A DNA stretch of 61,618 nucleotides, from assembly GCA_029210985.1 (NCBI GenBank), contig JARGFR010000001.1, positions 1-61,618 on the forward strand, read 5' to 3'. A model generated the notes under the pieces. That model made no database searches and had not been told where the DNA came from. It saw only the letters and a list, made by a program, of their open reading frames with translations. Each line of letters begins with the position of its first letter. Within the stretch, counting starts at the first letter, position 1. The position numbers and the translations under genes are program-made. This DNA is from Spirochaetaceae bacterium. Lineage in GTDB: Bacteria; Spirochaetota; Spirochaetia; DSM-2461. Of this stretch, positions 8,962 through 19,574 are shown in pieces.

Positions 8962-10776
8962 TTGATAACGATCTCTCAAAGAAAAAAATCTTTAAGGATG
9001 AGTCTATACGTCAATCTTCTTGTCTTGATCGCTACTAATACCGCCGTCATCGGCATACCGTTGATCAATATGGTCAGCAACCAAATTCTTAAGGTCGCTG
9101 AACGGCAAACTAACCAAACACTCGAACTTCTCGAATATTCTATTAACAGAACACTCGGTAGGATCTACCGACTTTCGGATCAGCTCACGGCGCATGTTCG
9201 TCTGGGGGAGTTTCTCGCTCAAGGAAATATTGATAACGCGGTGGATCGTGATCTTGAAATCTATCTTCAAGGACGATTTCAAGAACTTGTCCAAATCTAT
9301 GAAGATGTTGTTGCGATATTTGTTTTCAGCCATGGTACGGGTCGTGACGATGGGTTTCGTTCCGTTTCCAGTTACAGCAGTATTGCATTCAATGAAGAGA
9401 AACCCATTCGAGAAGAGCAATGGTATACAAAAGCAATCGCCTCCGACGGTAACATCGTCATCACGCCGATACACCTCCAAAATTTCATAAAGAGAAATTA
9501 CCGTTGGGTTTTGTCTGCCAGTCGACAAATCCACAACAACTCAAACTCTGAAATTATCGGAGTACTCCTTATAGACTTCAATATCGAAATCATCAAAGAT
9601 ATATGCGTAGAAAACAGCACGGAAACGCATTACTACTACCTTCTCGACGAGATGGGGAAGATCCTTTTTCATCCCCACGAAGAGCTCATCAACAGTGGTT
9701 TGTTGACCGAACCAACGGGAAAGATCTCTGAGGGGGAAGTTCAAGAGTTTAAGCTCCGTATTGACGGCCAAAAAAAAATGTATCGTATTCGACAAGATCC
9801 ATATTCTGGTTGGAAGATTATTGCCGTAACTAAAGTCAGAGAATTGTATGCTCCATTCTTACCGTCCATCACTTTCCTGCTGATCTGGTTGAGTCTGGTT
9901 ATTGTTCTCCTCTTGGTTGTCACCCGGAGGATCTCCTCTCGGGTTTTAGATCCGATACAACGCCTTCGCGAGTCGATGAAGAAAGTTGAAGATGGATACT
10001 TTGATATTTCGGTTGAAGTACCCGAATACGACGAAGTGGGCGCGATGGCACGAGATTACAATATCATGATACGGAAAATTGGGGACCTGATACGACTTAA
10101 TGAAGAGGAACAGAAGAAACTCCGATTTAGTGATTTTAGAGCCTTACAGAGTCAAATCAATCCTCATTTTCTTTATAACACCCTGGACTCGGTGATATGG
10201 ATGACGGCAAAAGACCGAAAAGACGACGTGATATTGATGATTTCTTCGCTATCGAAATTGCTGAGACGTAGTCTGGCCACAGGCAACAGCCTTATTACAC
10301 TCGAAGAGGAATATGAACATGCCCGCCAGTATTGCATCATCCAAAAAATTCGATATCAAGACCAGCTGGATTATTCTCTTGAGCTTCCCGAAGATTGCAA
10401 ATCATTTATAGTTCCTCGGTTAATTCTACAGCCTATCATCGAAAATGCTCTCTATCACGGGATTGAGGATTGGGATGACGGGGGCGACATCAGAGTGACT
10501 TCGAAAAATTGTGGGACTTTCCTTGAGATAGTCGTCTCGGATAACGGGGTTGGGACGCAAATCAGCCTGTTGGAAAAAAACCTTGAAGAGGATGAATCGA
10601 CTAAGGAGAGAAATAGCATCGGCCTGAAGAACATTAATGATCGGCTGAAAATCCTTTTCGGAGCCGATGCCGGTTTGTCTTTTCGTTCTAGTATGCACCA
10701 AGGTCTCGACGTAATATTGCGAGTTCCACTAAACGTGAAGCCTTCGATCTTTTCTTCGTTAAAAAGGAACTTCTAA
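8962..10776 (+). CDS. YesM-like sensor histidine kinase (Cache + HAMP + His_kinase)
   Basis: Two TM helices, LQSQINPHFLYNTL, LQPIIENALYHG, DNGVG, IGLKNI. Confidence 0.92.
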   Translation: MITISQRKKSLRMSLYVNLLVLIATNTAVIGIPLINMVSNQILKVAERQTNQTLELLEYSINRTLGRIYRLSDQLTAHVRLGEFLAQGNIDNAVDRDLEIYLQGRFQELVQIYEDVVAIFVFSHGTGRDDGFRSVSSYSSIAFNEEKPIREEQWYTKAIASDGNIVITPIHLQNFIKRNYRWVLSASRQIHNNSNSEIIGVLLIDFNIEIIKDICVENSTETHYYYLLDEMGKILFHPHEELINSGLLTEPTGKISEGEVQEFKLRIDGQKKMYRIRQDPYSGWKIIAVTKVRELYAPFLPSITFLLIWLSLVIVLLLVVTRRISSRVLDPIQRLRESMKKVEDGYFDISVEVPEYDEVGAMARDYNIMIRKIGDLIRLNEEEQKKLRFSDFRALQSQINPHFLYNTLDSVIWMTAKDRKDDVILMISSLSKLLRRSLATGNSLITLEEEYEHARQYCIIQKIRYQDQLDYSLELPEDCKSFIVPRLILQPIIENALYHGIEDWDDGGDIRVTSKNCGTFLEIVVSDNGVGTQISLLEKNLEEDESTKERNSIGLKNINDRLKILFGADAGLSFRSSMHQGLDVILRVPLNVKPSIFSSLKRNF

Positions 10777-10940
10777 AAGATATACGGACACGATGTCGAC
10801 TGACTTTGCTTACGACGGAAAAAGCAAGAACTCTGCAAATTGGGATCATTACAATTCAAGGATAGTGGGAACCGGTAGAGCGGCAACTCACTCACTCAGT
10901 AGAACGGGTATGTGGTAATATTTTGTTATTGGAGGATTAT

Positions 10941-12416
10941 ATGCAGACATTGAACAACAGTACGATTTTCGGGTCGAAATCCCCCGAACGATACAAGCTG
11001 TCCAGATCGGAAATTACAAGTTCTATTGTTCACATAGGCGTCGGGAATTTCCACAGATCCCACCAGGAGTATTTCTTCCAGAAGTATATGGAAGAAACAA
11101 AACAAACGGACCTCGGTGTATATGGTATCAGCGTTAGGGATAACGACAAAAAACTGGCGGAACTCATGAATACCCAGGATTGTTTATATACAGTACTTGA
11201 ACAGAGCGACAACGATGATACAGAGGACTTCGTTATCTCGTCTCTTCTGTCCTATAAAATACTCTCGGAAAGTTGTTCGCAAATACTTGTTAAACTCACT
11301 GAACCCACCACCACTCTCGTGACATTGACGGTCACCGAGGGAGGATACAATTTTAATGACTCCACTGGAGAGTTTATTCTCTCCAATCCGGATATTCAAA
11401 ACGATATCAAAGACACATCTAAACCCAGATCGTTCTATGGTTTAATCTATGAGGCCCTCAAACAAAGAAAAGAGAGGGGAATTGCTCCCTTCGACCTTTT
11501 ATCGTGCGACAACGTGGAGAAAAACGGAAAAATACTCAAAAAGGGAGTCCTATCTTTCGCTGATCAGATTTTTACGGAGATGAAAACGTGGATTGAGAAG
11601 AATGTCGCCTTCCCCTGCTCTATGGTTGACAGAATTACACCCCTGACCACAGATCAGGATAGAGAATATGTGAAACAAACCTACGGCTATATCGATCAAG
11701 CACCCGTTCCTTGTGAACCCTTCATCCTCTGGGTCATCGAAGATGAGTTCAACAATGCCCGTCCCGATCTGGATAGATTGGATGATGTCTATTTTGTCAA
11801 AGATGTTTCTCCCCATGAGAAAATGAAAATGCGGCTTTTAAACGCCGGTCATGTTGTGTTTGCCCATATGGCCCTCTATGAGAAACTGGTGTTTTCCTGT
11901 GATTTCATGACCTCCTATCCCTTCGATAAGGGTGTTGAGACCATGATGCGGAAAGAAGCACTTCCATACGTTGGCGAAGTACCCGATTTTGATGTAATCG
12001 GCTTCCTGGAAAATACGATTAAGAGATTCAGGAATACGAAGATCAAGGACCAGACCCTCAGGCTCGCTACAGACACATCAAACCGTACGACCAAGTTCAT
12101 CCTTCCCACCATAGAAGACGCATTGAAAGCGGGAAATCCTGTGCCGCCCCTTCTGACACTGGGAGTCGCCGGCTGGTGTTATGCCCTTTCCGAAGATCTG
12201 TTTTTTGAAGATGTTCTGCGGGATCGACTTCTTACCGCCGCCAAAGAGGCGGTGACAAAACGTGGAAAAGCCTTTCTTGATGCTGTTCCCGAAGTTTTTT
12301 CGAACACACTTCGGAACAGTCAGTTTTTTGTGGAGCAGTTTGAGGAATCTCTGAAGCTGATTATGGAGAACGGTCCTGCCAAGGCTATCGATTTGACATT
12401 ACACAAGTACTATTAA
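10941..12416 (+). CDS. Mannitol dehydrogenase family (long-chain polyol dehydrogenase)
   Basis: IVHIGVGNFHRSHQ, LTVTEGGY, SCDN, SMVDRITP, KMRLLNAGH. RBS ggagg before ATG 10941. Confidence 0.92.
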   Translation: MQTLNNSTIFGSKSPERYKLSRSEITSSIVHIGVGNFHRSHQEYFFQKYMEETKQTDLGVYGISVRDNDKKLAELMNTQDCLYTVLEQSDNDDTEDFVISSLLSYKILSESCSQILVKLTEPTTTLVTLTVTEGGYNFNDSTGEFILSNPDIQNDIKDTSKPRSFYGLIYEALKQRKERGIAPFDLLSCDNVEKNGKILKKGVLSFADQIFTEMKTWIEKNVAFPCSMVDRITPLTTDQDREYVKQTYGYIDQAPVPCEPFILWVIEDEFNNARPDLDRLDDVYFVKDVSPHEKMKMRLLNAGHVVFAHMALYEKLVFSCDFMTSYPFDKGVETMMRKEALPYVGEVPDFDVIGFLENTIKRFRNTKIKDQTLRLATDTSNRTTKFILPTIEDALKAGNPVPPLLTLGVAGWCYALSEDLFFEDVLRDRLLTAAKEAVTKRGKAFLDAVPEVFSNTLRNSQFFVEQFEESLKLIMENGPAKAIDLTLHKYY

Positions 12417-12524
12417 TAAGAATGTCTCTGGCATGGCGATATCCCTCGAAGGGGGGCACGGACGAAAACCTGAACGACAGTCTTGAGGAGGTGGTCTGTG
12501 TTGACTAAGGCAGGATCACAAACC

Positions 12525-13517
12525 TCACTCCCATTTGAAGGTGAGTGAGCTCACCAGCAGAAACAGCGCCGTCAATCCGACAAGAACTATAAGGTTCGGC
12601 ATGATTTCGCCCAGAGTGGCCCCGTCGAGCATAATCGCCCGGGACGCTTCCACATAGTGGGTGAGGGGAAATGCCCGGGCGATCTTCTGCAGCGCCAGGG
12701 GTGTGCCTTCCAGGGAGAAGAAGATTCCGGAGAACGCCATCATGGGCCAGAGCGCGACATTCATCAGCCCGTTGGCCAGTTCTTCGCTTTTTATCCGTGC
12801 GGCGAAAACCAGACCGAAGGAAATCATACAGACCGTCGCAATCGCGGTCACCAGAAGGAGATTCAGATACGAGCCCTGCATCATGAATTTCAGGAAGAAG
12901 TTGCTGCCGGTATACACCACCGCCGCGGTCAGCAGAACGATGTAGAGACGGGAGATGAGCTGAGCCGAGACGAATTCCACGGCTCTCACAGGAGTCGCTT
13001 TGAGTCTCTTGAGGACGCCGTTTTTTCTGTATCGGACAATAATCCAGCCGACGCCGAAGATACAGGAGAACATCATATTCATCCCGATCACGCCCGGAAC
13101 AAACCAATCCACATACCGTATCGGTTCTCCGGAAACGGCCCGACGTTCGAATCCCGGAGCTCCGCCCGCCAGAAACAGAGTCTCCGCCACTTCGCCCTTG
13201 GATGACTCTTCATTGACATAGTATTCGCGTTCGCCGTAGTCGACCACCATATCGATTTGATGATGACGAAGCTTGTTTAATGCCAGATCGGTTTCATCGT
13301 AGGAAACCAAATCCACCGATGAAATACCCGGAAATACGTCAGGATTTTCCGGCCCCCCGATGATGCCGACCTTGAAAAGGGCATCGTCTCCGCCGGAAAA
13401 GGCGAAAGCGAATCCGAAAACGAGAAAAATCGGGAACACCAGATTCCAGAAAAGGGTTCCCTTGTCCCGGATGAACTCCATATTGCGTGCGTGCATGAGG
13501 GCGAAGAGTTTCTGCAT
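12525..13517 (-). CDS. ABC-2 type exporter permease
   Basis: RYVDWFVPGVIG, LKRLKATP, FSGIFFSL, FPLTHYV. Confidence 0.9.
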   Translation of the reverse strand: MQKLFALMHARNMEFIRDKGTLFWNLVFPIFLVFGFAFAFSGGDDALFKVGIIGGPENPDVFPGISSVDLVSYDETDLALNKLRHHQIDMVVDYGEREYYVNEESSKGEVAETLFLAGGAPGFERRAVSGEPIRYVDWFVPGVIGMNMMFSCIFGVGWIIVRYRKNGVLKRLKATPVRAVEFVSAQLISRLYIVLLTAAVVYTGSNFFLKFMMQGSYLNLLLVTAIATVCMISFGLVFAARIKSEELANGLMNVALWPMMAFSGIFFSLEGTPLALQKIARAFPLTHYVEASRAIMLDGATLGEIMPNLIVLVGLTALFLLVSSLTFKWE

Positions 13518-13532
13518 TGTCGAGGCTCCTGC

Positions 13533-14405
13533 CTAGGCCCGGAGAGACGAGCCGGTAAGTTTGAGAAAGAGATCTTCCAAATCCGGAGAGTGGATGGAAA
13601 GACCGTTGAGATGAACGCCTGTGTGTATCAGACCGTGAAGCGTGGAATCAACGTCCCGGGAGTGTATCTCGATGCGGTCGTTCACCCGCTTCGCACTCTC
13701 CGGTAACGGCTGGTCCTCTCTCCAGGGCAGCTGGACAATCACGCCGTCAAAATGCTCTTTGAGAAGATTATCGGGAACATCCCTGGCGATGATGTGTCCA
13801 TGATCCATGATGGCCACCTCGTCACAGAGAACTTCGGCTTCTTCCATATAGTGGGTTGTCAGAAGGATCGTTTTGCCTTCTTTCTTGATCTTCTCAATCA
13901 GCGACCAGAAATTCCGGCGGGCCTGTGGGTCCAGACCCGTTGTGGGTTCGTCCAGGAACACCATTTCCGGATCGTTGACAAGGGCCAACGCCAACAGCAG
14001 CCGCTGTCGCTGCCCGCCGGACAGTTTCCGGTTGTCCCGTTTGAGGATATCGCCGAGACTGCAGATTTCAATCACCTCTTCGGGGTCTCTATGGGTTGAA
14101 TAGAGAGCTGAAAAGAGCTTGAGCGTCTCCTCAACCGTAATGAAATCCTGCAGCGCCGTGTTCTGAAATTGGATTCCCACCCGTTCATGAAAATGTGGTC
14201 CGATCGGTTTTCCCTTGAAAAGAGCCCGTCCGGAGCTTGGCTTGAGGATGCCTTCCATCATTTCTATCGTGGTGGTTTTTCCGGCACCGTTGGGTCCCAG
14301 GAGCCCAAAACACAATCCCTTTTCAATCTCGAATGAGATGTCGTCCACGGCCAGGACATTACCGTAGTTTTTGGTGAGATTCTCCACCGTCAGAATGCTG
14401 CTCAT
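13533..14405 (-). CDS. ABC-2 type exporter ATP-binding protein
   Basis: GPNGAGKTT, LSGGQRQR, FLDEPTTGLD, TTHYMEEA. ATG 14405 lies 6 nt behind TTGTGA-17-TATATT. Confidence 0.92.
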   Translation of the reverse strand: MSSILTVENLTKNYGNVLAVDDISFEIEKGLCFGLLGPNGAGKTTTIEMMEGILKPSSGRALFKGKPIGPHFHERVGIQFQNTALQDFITVEETLKLFSALYSTHRDPEEVIEICSLGDILKRDNRKLSGGQRQRLLLALALVNDPEMVFLDEPTTGLDPQARRNFWSLIEKIKKEGKTILLTTHYMEEAEVLCDEVAIMDHGHIIARDVPDNLLKEHFDGVIVQLPWREDQPLPESAKRVNDRIEIHSRDVDSTLHGLIHTGVHLNGLSIHSPDLEDLFLKLTGSSLRA

Positions 14406-14513
14406 TGGACAAATATACGCATGAGCCGACATTTTCACAAGAAATCCCGACTTTTATAGTCTGGTTTGACCGAGAATTCTTCAGAGCATCCCTGATATGC
14501 TATAACTGATACT

Positions 14514-14951
14514 GTGAACAGTGCCGATCTCCTGCCGACAATATCATCGAGTCTCATAAAAGCCGCGGAACTCGCGATGGTCGAGGACGCTCCGGGCACC
14601 GGGAGTATTCTGGCGAAACTCGATGCGCTCCTCAAATACACACGGCGAGGCCATGGCGATGCCCGATTCCAGGAAGAATGGAATATTATGACCACCTTGC
14701 TGGAACTCATGAGAATCCAATATCCCGACCGGTTCTCCTACTCCGCGGAATTACCGAATCCGCCGCCCATGGACTTCGTCCCTCGGGGAAAGTTTCTGGA
14801 AGATCTGCACAATGAGATTGTCTCTTCCATGAATCAAACACAAGGACCGTGGTGTTGGAAACTTCGTGTGGCGCGGATTGGAAATCTCGCCGTGGAACTC
14901 ACCGTGGGCTGCGGTGCAGACACCAGAGGTAAAATTCTGGGAGAATTATAG
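14514..14951 (+). CDS. Small protein resembling a degenerate YesM/LytS-type kinase core lacking the phospho-His
   Basis: ELAMVEDAPGT..LDALLKY..QEEW..LMRIQYPDRFSY aligns by eye with SLSQIEQAPKT..LSAFLRY..EEEC..IQKMRFGERLNY of the kinase at 15713-17203. Confidence 0.6.
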   Translation: MNSADLLPTISSSLIKAAELAMVEDAPGTGSILAKLDALLKYTRRGHGDARFQEEWNIMTTLLELMRIQYPDRFSYSAELPNPPPMDFVPRGKFLEDLHNEIVSSMNQTQGPWCWKLRVARIGNLAVELTVGCGADTRGKILGEL

Positions 14952-14952
14952 A

Positions 14953-15735
14953 ATGACCCTCCTGATTGCCGATGACGAAGAACTGGCCCAATACTCCTTG
15001 AAGACGCTTATTTCCCGTCATCATGAACAGCTGCAGGTGGTCGCGGAAGCCGCCGACGGTGAAGAGGCCGTTCGATTGGCTCATCAGCATCATCCGGATC
15101 TGGCGATTTTGGATATTCGGATGCCTGTGATAGACGGCCTGGAAGCCGCACGGAGAATCAGATCAGCTCATCCGAATATGGCCATCATCATCCTGACGGC
15201 ATATGAAGACTTCTCTTTCGCCCAGCAAGCAGTCAATCTCGGAATAAACGGCTACCTTCTCAAACCGGTATCCCAGGCTGATTTTTCCGCAAGAATGGAA
15301 TCTGTGAGAAGTTGGCGAGAGCGACTGGAAAAAAAGGATGGCGGGCTTCAGGCATCGGAACCCCTCTCCCTCGAGACTTTTCAGCACACAGATGTTTCGT
15401 GGCGGCTGGAGCGGGCACTTGAGTACATCAGAAACCATATTACAGAAGATTTACCCATCAACACCGTCGCCGAAGCGGCCGGAATCGGCGCTCAGCACCT
15501 GAGCCGCTTATTCCGGGAGGAATTGGACACCAATTTCGTCAAATTCATCACGGAACGACGTATGGATATGGCATGCCGCTTACTGGACACCACGACTTTG
15601 GGCGTCGCGGAAATTGCGGACCGCTGCGGCTTTACAGATGCGAATTATTTCGCCAAGGTATTCAGAAAAAGCTGCGGACTCTCTCCCGGTGACTATCGGA
15701 GCGGGATAGGAATCAAGCCTCCATTGAGAGACTGA
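14953..15735 (+). CDS. Response regulator (REC + AraC HTH)
   Basis: LIADDE, LDIRMP, YLLKPV, CGFTDANYFAKVF. ATG 14953. Confidence 0.9.
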   Translation: MTLLIADDEELAQYSLKTLISRHHEQLQVVAEAADGEEAVRLAHQHHPDLAILDIRMPVIDGLEAARRIRSAHPNMAIIILTAYEDFSFAQQAVNLGINGYLLKPVSQADFSARMESVRSWRERLEKKDGGLQASEPLSLETFQHTDVSWRLERALEYIRNHITEDLPINTVAEAAGIGAQHLSRLFREELDTNFVKFITERRMDMACRLLDTTTLGVAEIADRCGFTDANYFAKVFRKSCGLSPGDYRSGIGIKPPLRD

Positions 15736-17203
15736 GCCGAACCAAGGTGCCTCGACCGCCGGCGTTCTCCAGAAACTGCATTTCGGCACCGGAATCCACA
15801 AGAAGCATACGTCTCCAGGTATTTCGTATGCCGACATGCTCCCCAGTGATGAGAAAATCCGTCGCCAGTTCCGTTTCCAGACTCCGCCTGGATTCTTCAG
15901 ACATTCCGACACCGTCGTCTAAGACTTCAATAATCGTACGGACATTATCGTCCATGATTTGTTTTCGTACGGTAAGTCGAACCGAACCGCCGTCCTTGGA
16001 AGGCTCTATACCATGGATAATGGCATTCTCGATGAGCGGCTGAATCAGAAGGCTGGGCACCGAGACCCGGAACACTTCCGGTTCAACACTGATAGAATAA
16101 TTCAGCCGCTCCCCGAAGCGCATTTTCTGTATCTTCAGATAATGCTCGGCATTGGCGCATTCTTCTTCTAGAGCGATCGAGGAATCCGCTTTCTCCAGGT
16201 TGTAACGGAGAAACGCCGACAATGCATCCACCATGTTTTCCGTTTTCGGAGCCTGTTCGATCTGGGACAAGGACCGCACGGCATTGAGGGCGTTGAAGAG
16301 GAAGTGAGGATTTATTTGCGCCTGAAGCGTTTCAAGCTTTGCCTGACGAAGGGAGCTTTCCATTATCAGAGCGCGCTTCTCGGTCTCTAGTGACTCCGAG
16401 AGCCGCTCCGACATGAAAACAAAGGCATCCCCCAGAGCCCGAATCTCCTGGTTCTGCGCTTTCACAGGCCGAACGGCTCGAAAGTTCCCATCGGCCAGGT
16501 CCATGTGCATCAGCACCAGTTCATGCAGGGGTTTGGATATGGCGGACGCCTGCCTGAGCGTCCAAATGACCGAAAAAACCACAAAAAGCAGCGTCGCCGT
16601 CAGAAGCACCGTCAGACGATGGCGCACAACAGGTGCATAGCTTGTGTAGAACCGTCTCAAATAGTTATTCTGCCGCACCAGTAATGCCGATTGGAGCTCG
16701 TAGGCCCGGTAGTTCAAGTCACGAAGTGAGTAAAGTTTGTCATAAAGATCGTACCGTGTCGCTCCGGCGTTAAATAGATCCAGAAGGATGTCGCTTTCCA
16801 TTCCGTAGATCAGAATAATTTCTTGAATTTCGAGAAATTGATAATACGCATCGTAGTCGTTCAGCAGGTCGGCTGTTTTCAGTGCCAGAACATCGTATTC
16901 CTTAATGTAACTCTCTAAGTCTGCCCGTTTCGTATGATACGGTTCGATATACGACGCATCTTCATAATTGATCGTATTCTCCAACAGTTGATGCGTTTCT
17001 TCAAGCTTGATGGAAATCGTCGCGGTCGCGGCATTCATCGACAGAAGCTCATCTACTTGGGCATAGTAATCCAGGAACAGCCATGTGAAAGCGGCAACCA
17101 TCGCAAAAACGATGATGATGAGAACACCGTAACTCCAAAGCAGCTGCCGGCGTATCGTGGTGAAGCGGGGGCGGAATGGCTTTGGGGGGGACATTTCTCG
17201 CAT
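15713..17203 (-). CDS. YesM-like sensor histidine kinase
   Basis: Two TMs, HAMP, LQAQINPHFLFNAL, IQPLIENAIIHG, DDGVG. Convergent with the response regulator, overlapping it by 23 bp. Confidence 0.92.
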   Translation of the reverse strand: MREMSPPKPFRPRFTTIRRQLLWSYGVLIIIVFAMVAAFTWLFLDYYAQVDELLSMNAATATISIKLEETHQLLENTINYEDASYIEPYHTKRADLESYIKEYDVLALKTADLLNDYDAYYQFLEIQEIILIYGMESDILLDLFNAGATRYDLYDKLYSLRDLNYRAYELQSALLVRQNNYLRRFYTSYAPVVRHRLTVLLTATLLFVVFSVIWTLRQASAISKPLHELVLMHMDLADGNFRAVRPVKAQNQEIRALGDAFVFMSERLSESLETEKRALIMESSLRQAKLETLQAQINPHFLFNALNAVRSLSQIEQAPKTENMVDALSAFLRYNLEKADSSIALEEECANAEHYLKIQKMRFGERLNYSISVEPEVFRVSVPSLLIQPLIENAIIHGIEPSKDGGSVRLTVRKQIMDDNVRTIIEVLDDGVGMSEESRRSLETELATDFLITGEHVGIRNTWRRMLLVDSGAEMQFLENAGGRGTLVRLSLSMEA

Positions 17204-17346
17204 TTTGGGGAATTTCTCCTACTTACCCGCCATCCCTTGTACCCGGCGGACACGGGAATATTACCACAAGAGATCGATGTTTCCTGATGCGGCCCCTCGA
17301 TATCAACAGGTAAGCTTTATCCAGAAACATCCCAAGGAGTCAACTT

Positions 17347-18348
17347 TTGAGCGAACTCGCCCAGACCGGCGGAACAACCGGCAACCCGTTAACGACTAGG
17401 CTCTTAAGCATATTAAAAATCCGCGAAATCGGGGTTTTGGCCGCGCTGCTCCTGATGTGTGTCATCATGAGTTTCGCCAGTCCTTACTTCCTCGGGGTGA
17501 ACAACCTCTTCAACGTCCTGCGAAATATGTCCACCATCGGCATCATGGCCATCGGCATGACGATGATTATCGTCACAGCCGGAATCGACCTGTCGGTAGG
17601 TTCCATGCTGGCGGTGACGGCCATCGTCATGGCCAGGCTGATGTACCATGGCATGGGTGCGTTCCCGGCGGTCCTGGCCGGTTTCGCCACCGGCGCCATA
17701 CTGGGAGCGACGAACGGTTTGCTCATCACCAGACTCAACCTCACGCCGTTCATCCCCACCCTGGGCATGCTCAGCATCGCTCGGGGGCTGACGGTCTGGT
17801 TCGCCACGGGACTCAAAGGTTCGGTCGCGTCGAACATCTCGGTGAAAAACCCCTTCGTCGAGTTTCTCGGCGGCGGTTATATCGGTCCTATCCCGATGCC
17901 GGTCATCATCATGTTCGTTCTGGTGCTGTTTTTCAGCTTCTTCCTTAAACGCACGGTCCTGGGTCGACAGATCTACGCCATCGGCAGCAACGAAGAAGCG
18001 GCGATGCTTTCAGGTGTCAAAGTCGACCGGGTCAAACTCTTCGTCTATACCTTGATGGGCCTGCTCAGCGGGCTCGCGGGCATCATGACGGCCGGGCTCC
18101 TGTCTACCGCCGCTACGAATGCGGGAACGGGGAACGAGCTGGATGTCATTGCCGCGGTGGTGATCGGCGGAGCCAGCCTCCAGGGTGGTAAAGGCACAGT
18201 CTGGGGCGCCATCATCGGCGCGGCTATCATGTCGGTCCTGCGAAATTCGTTTGTTCTTCTGCACCTGCCCGGATTTGTTCAGACGATTTCCATCGGTGTG
18301 GTCATCATCCTGGCCGTGTCCATCGATTCTCGAAAACTAAGTTCCTGA
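17347..18348 (+). CDS. Monosaccharide ABC permease (RbsC family)
   Basis: GIDLSVGS, YAIGSNEEAAMLSG, ELDVIAAVVIGGASLQGG. TTG start with RBS aaggag. Confidence 0.92.
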   Translation: MSELAQTGGTTGNPLTTRLLSILKIREIGVLAALLLMCVIMSFASPYFLGVNNLFNVLRNMSTIGIMAIGMTMIIVTAGIDLSVGSMLAVTAIVMARLMYHGMGAFPAVLAGFATGAILGATNGLLITRLNLTPFIPTLGMLSIARGLTVWFATGLKGSVASNISVKNPFVEFLGGGYIGPIPMPVIIMFVLVLFFSFFLKRTVLGRQIYAIGSNEEAAMLSGVKVDRVKLFVYTLMGLLSGLAGIMTAGLLSTAATNAGTGNELDVIAAVVIGGASLQGGKGTVWGAIIGAAIMSVLRNSFVLLHLPGFVQTISIGVVIILAVSIDSRKLSS

Positions 18349-18380
18349 GGAACTGTTTCAATTTGAAAAGGAGTGAATGT

Positions 18381-19433
18381 ATGAAGAAATTTGCATTCGT
18401 CGTCGTCATCGTCATGGCCCTCACCGGCCTCGTCTTCGCCAACGGTGGCGCGGATACCAAGGAGATGCGCGAGCTTCCCCCGGGTCCCGCCTACGCTTCG
18501 GCCGCTCAGCCCACCGACAGTGGTGAAGTGAAGCCCATCAAAGCTTCGGATGAGCCCATTCGCATCGCTGTTCTGGGTTTGGAAAACAATCCCTTCTGGA
18601 TTCCCGTGAAAGAGGGAACCATCAAAGCCAATGAAGAGCTCAAGGCATTCAACGGTTCGGTCGATTGGATTGTCCCCCCGGGCGACAAACATACCGCCGA
18701 TGTCTTCGGACAGACTCTGGAGAACGCCATCATCCAGGAGTATGACGCCATCGCCACCATCGCCGGTGACAGCGGCATCATTCCTTACATCAATAAGGCC
18801 GTCGCCGCCGGTATTCCCGTGGCCACCTTCAATGTCGAGACCAACGACGAGTCCGACCGCCTGTTCTTCGTCGGCGCCGATCTGTATCGCCAAGGCCAAG
18901 CCGCAGGAGAAGCCATGAACAACTTCTTCATAGAGAAAGGCGTATCCAATCCGAAAATCGGCATCATGACCGGCTTCTTCGCCGTGGAAGGCCACGAGCT
19001 CCGACGTCTCGGCTTCGAAGAGTACCTGACCGAGAATGGCTCCGACATCGAGATCGTCGGCCGGGTGGAAACCCACGACTCCGATGCTGAAGCCTATCAA
19101 TTGGCCCAGGACTACATCACTGCAAATCCCGATCTTGATGGTCTTTATGTTGCAGCCGGTGGAAACGTAGGTGCGGCGAAAGCCATTGAAGACGCCGGTC
19201 TGAAAGACAACATGTGGGTCTTCGCCTATGACTTTGTCGACCAAACCATGGAATACGTCAAGAAAGGCATCATCGCCGGTACCATCGGCCAGCAGCCCTT
19301 CGCGCAGGGTCACGATCCCGCCATCCGTTTGTTCAACTATCTGGTGGCCGGAGAAGTTCCAGAAGCGGGCCGTATGCTCACCAAGAGCGACTTCGTCACC
19401 GCTGAGAACATGTCCCAGTTCGGCGACTGGTAG
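18381..19433 (+). CDS. Monosaccharide ABC substrate-binding protein (RbsB family)
   Basis: Signal peptide VFANG, NPFW, RRLGF, GTIGQQPFAQG. RBS aaggag. Confidence 0.9.
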   Translation: MKKFAFVVVIVMALTGLVFANGGADTKEMRELPPGPAYASAAQPTDSGEVKPIKASDEPIRIAVLGLENNPFWIPVKEGTIKANEELKAFNGSVDWIVPPGDKHTADVFGQTLENAIIQEYDAIATIAGDSGIIPYINKAVAAGIPVATFNVETNDESDRLFFVGADLYRQGQAAGEAMNNFFIEKGVSNPKIGIMTGFFAVEGHELRRLGFEEYLTENGSDIEIVGRVETHDSDAEAYQLAQDYITANPDLDGLYVAAGGNVGAAKAIEDAGLKDNMWVFAYDFVDQTMEYVKKGIIAGTIGQQPFAQGHDPAIRLFNYLVAGEVPEAGRMLTKSDFVTAENMSQFGDW

Positions 19434-19464
19434 TCGTCTGTCCCTGATTTAGTTCATAAATCTA

Positions 19465-19547
19465 CGGGGAAGGTGCCGTTCAGAGATGTTCGGCGGCTTC
19501 CCCGGTCCCCGGAACCTGCCGAGTGATAAACCGACAGGTCCCAGGGG
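19465..19547 (+). other. Tandem intergenic stem-loops after the SBP gene (probable mRNA stabiliser/attenuator)
   Basis: cggggaag...cttccccg followed by cccc.ggaacctg...caggtcc.agggg. No U-tract. Confidence 0.5.
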
Positions 19548-19574
19548 TCAACACCCACCAGAGGAGAGCATAGC

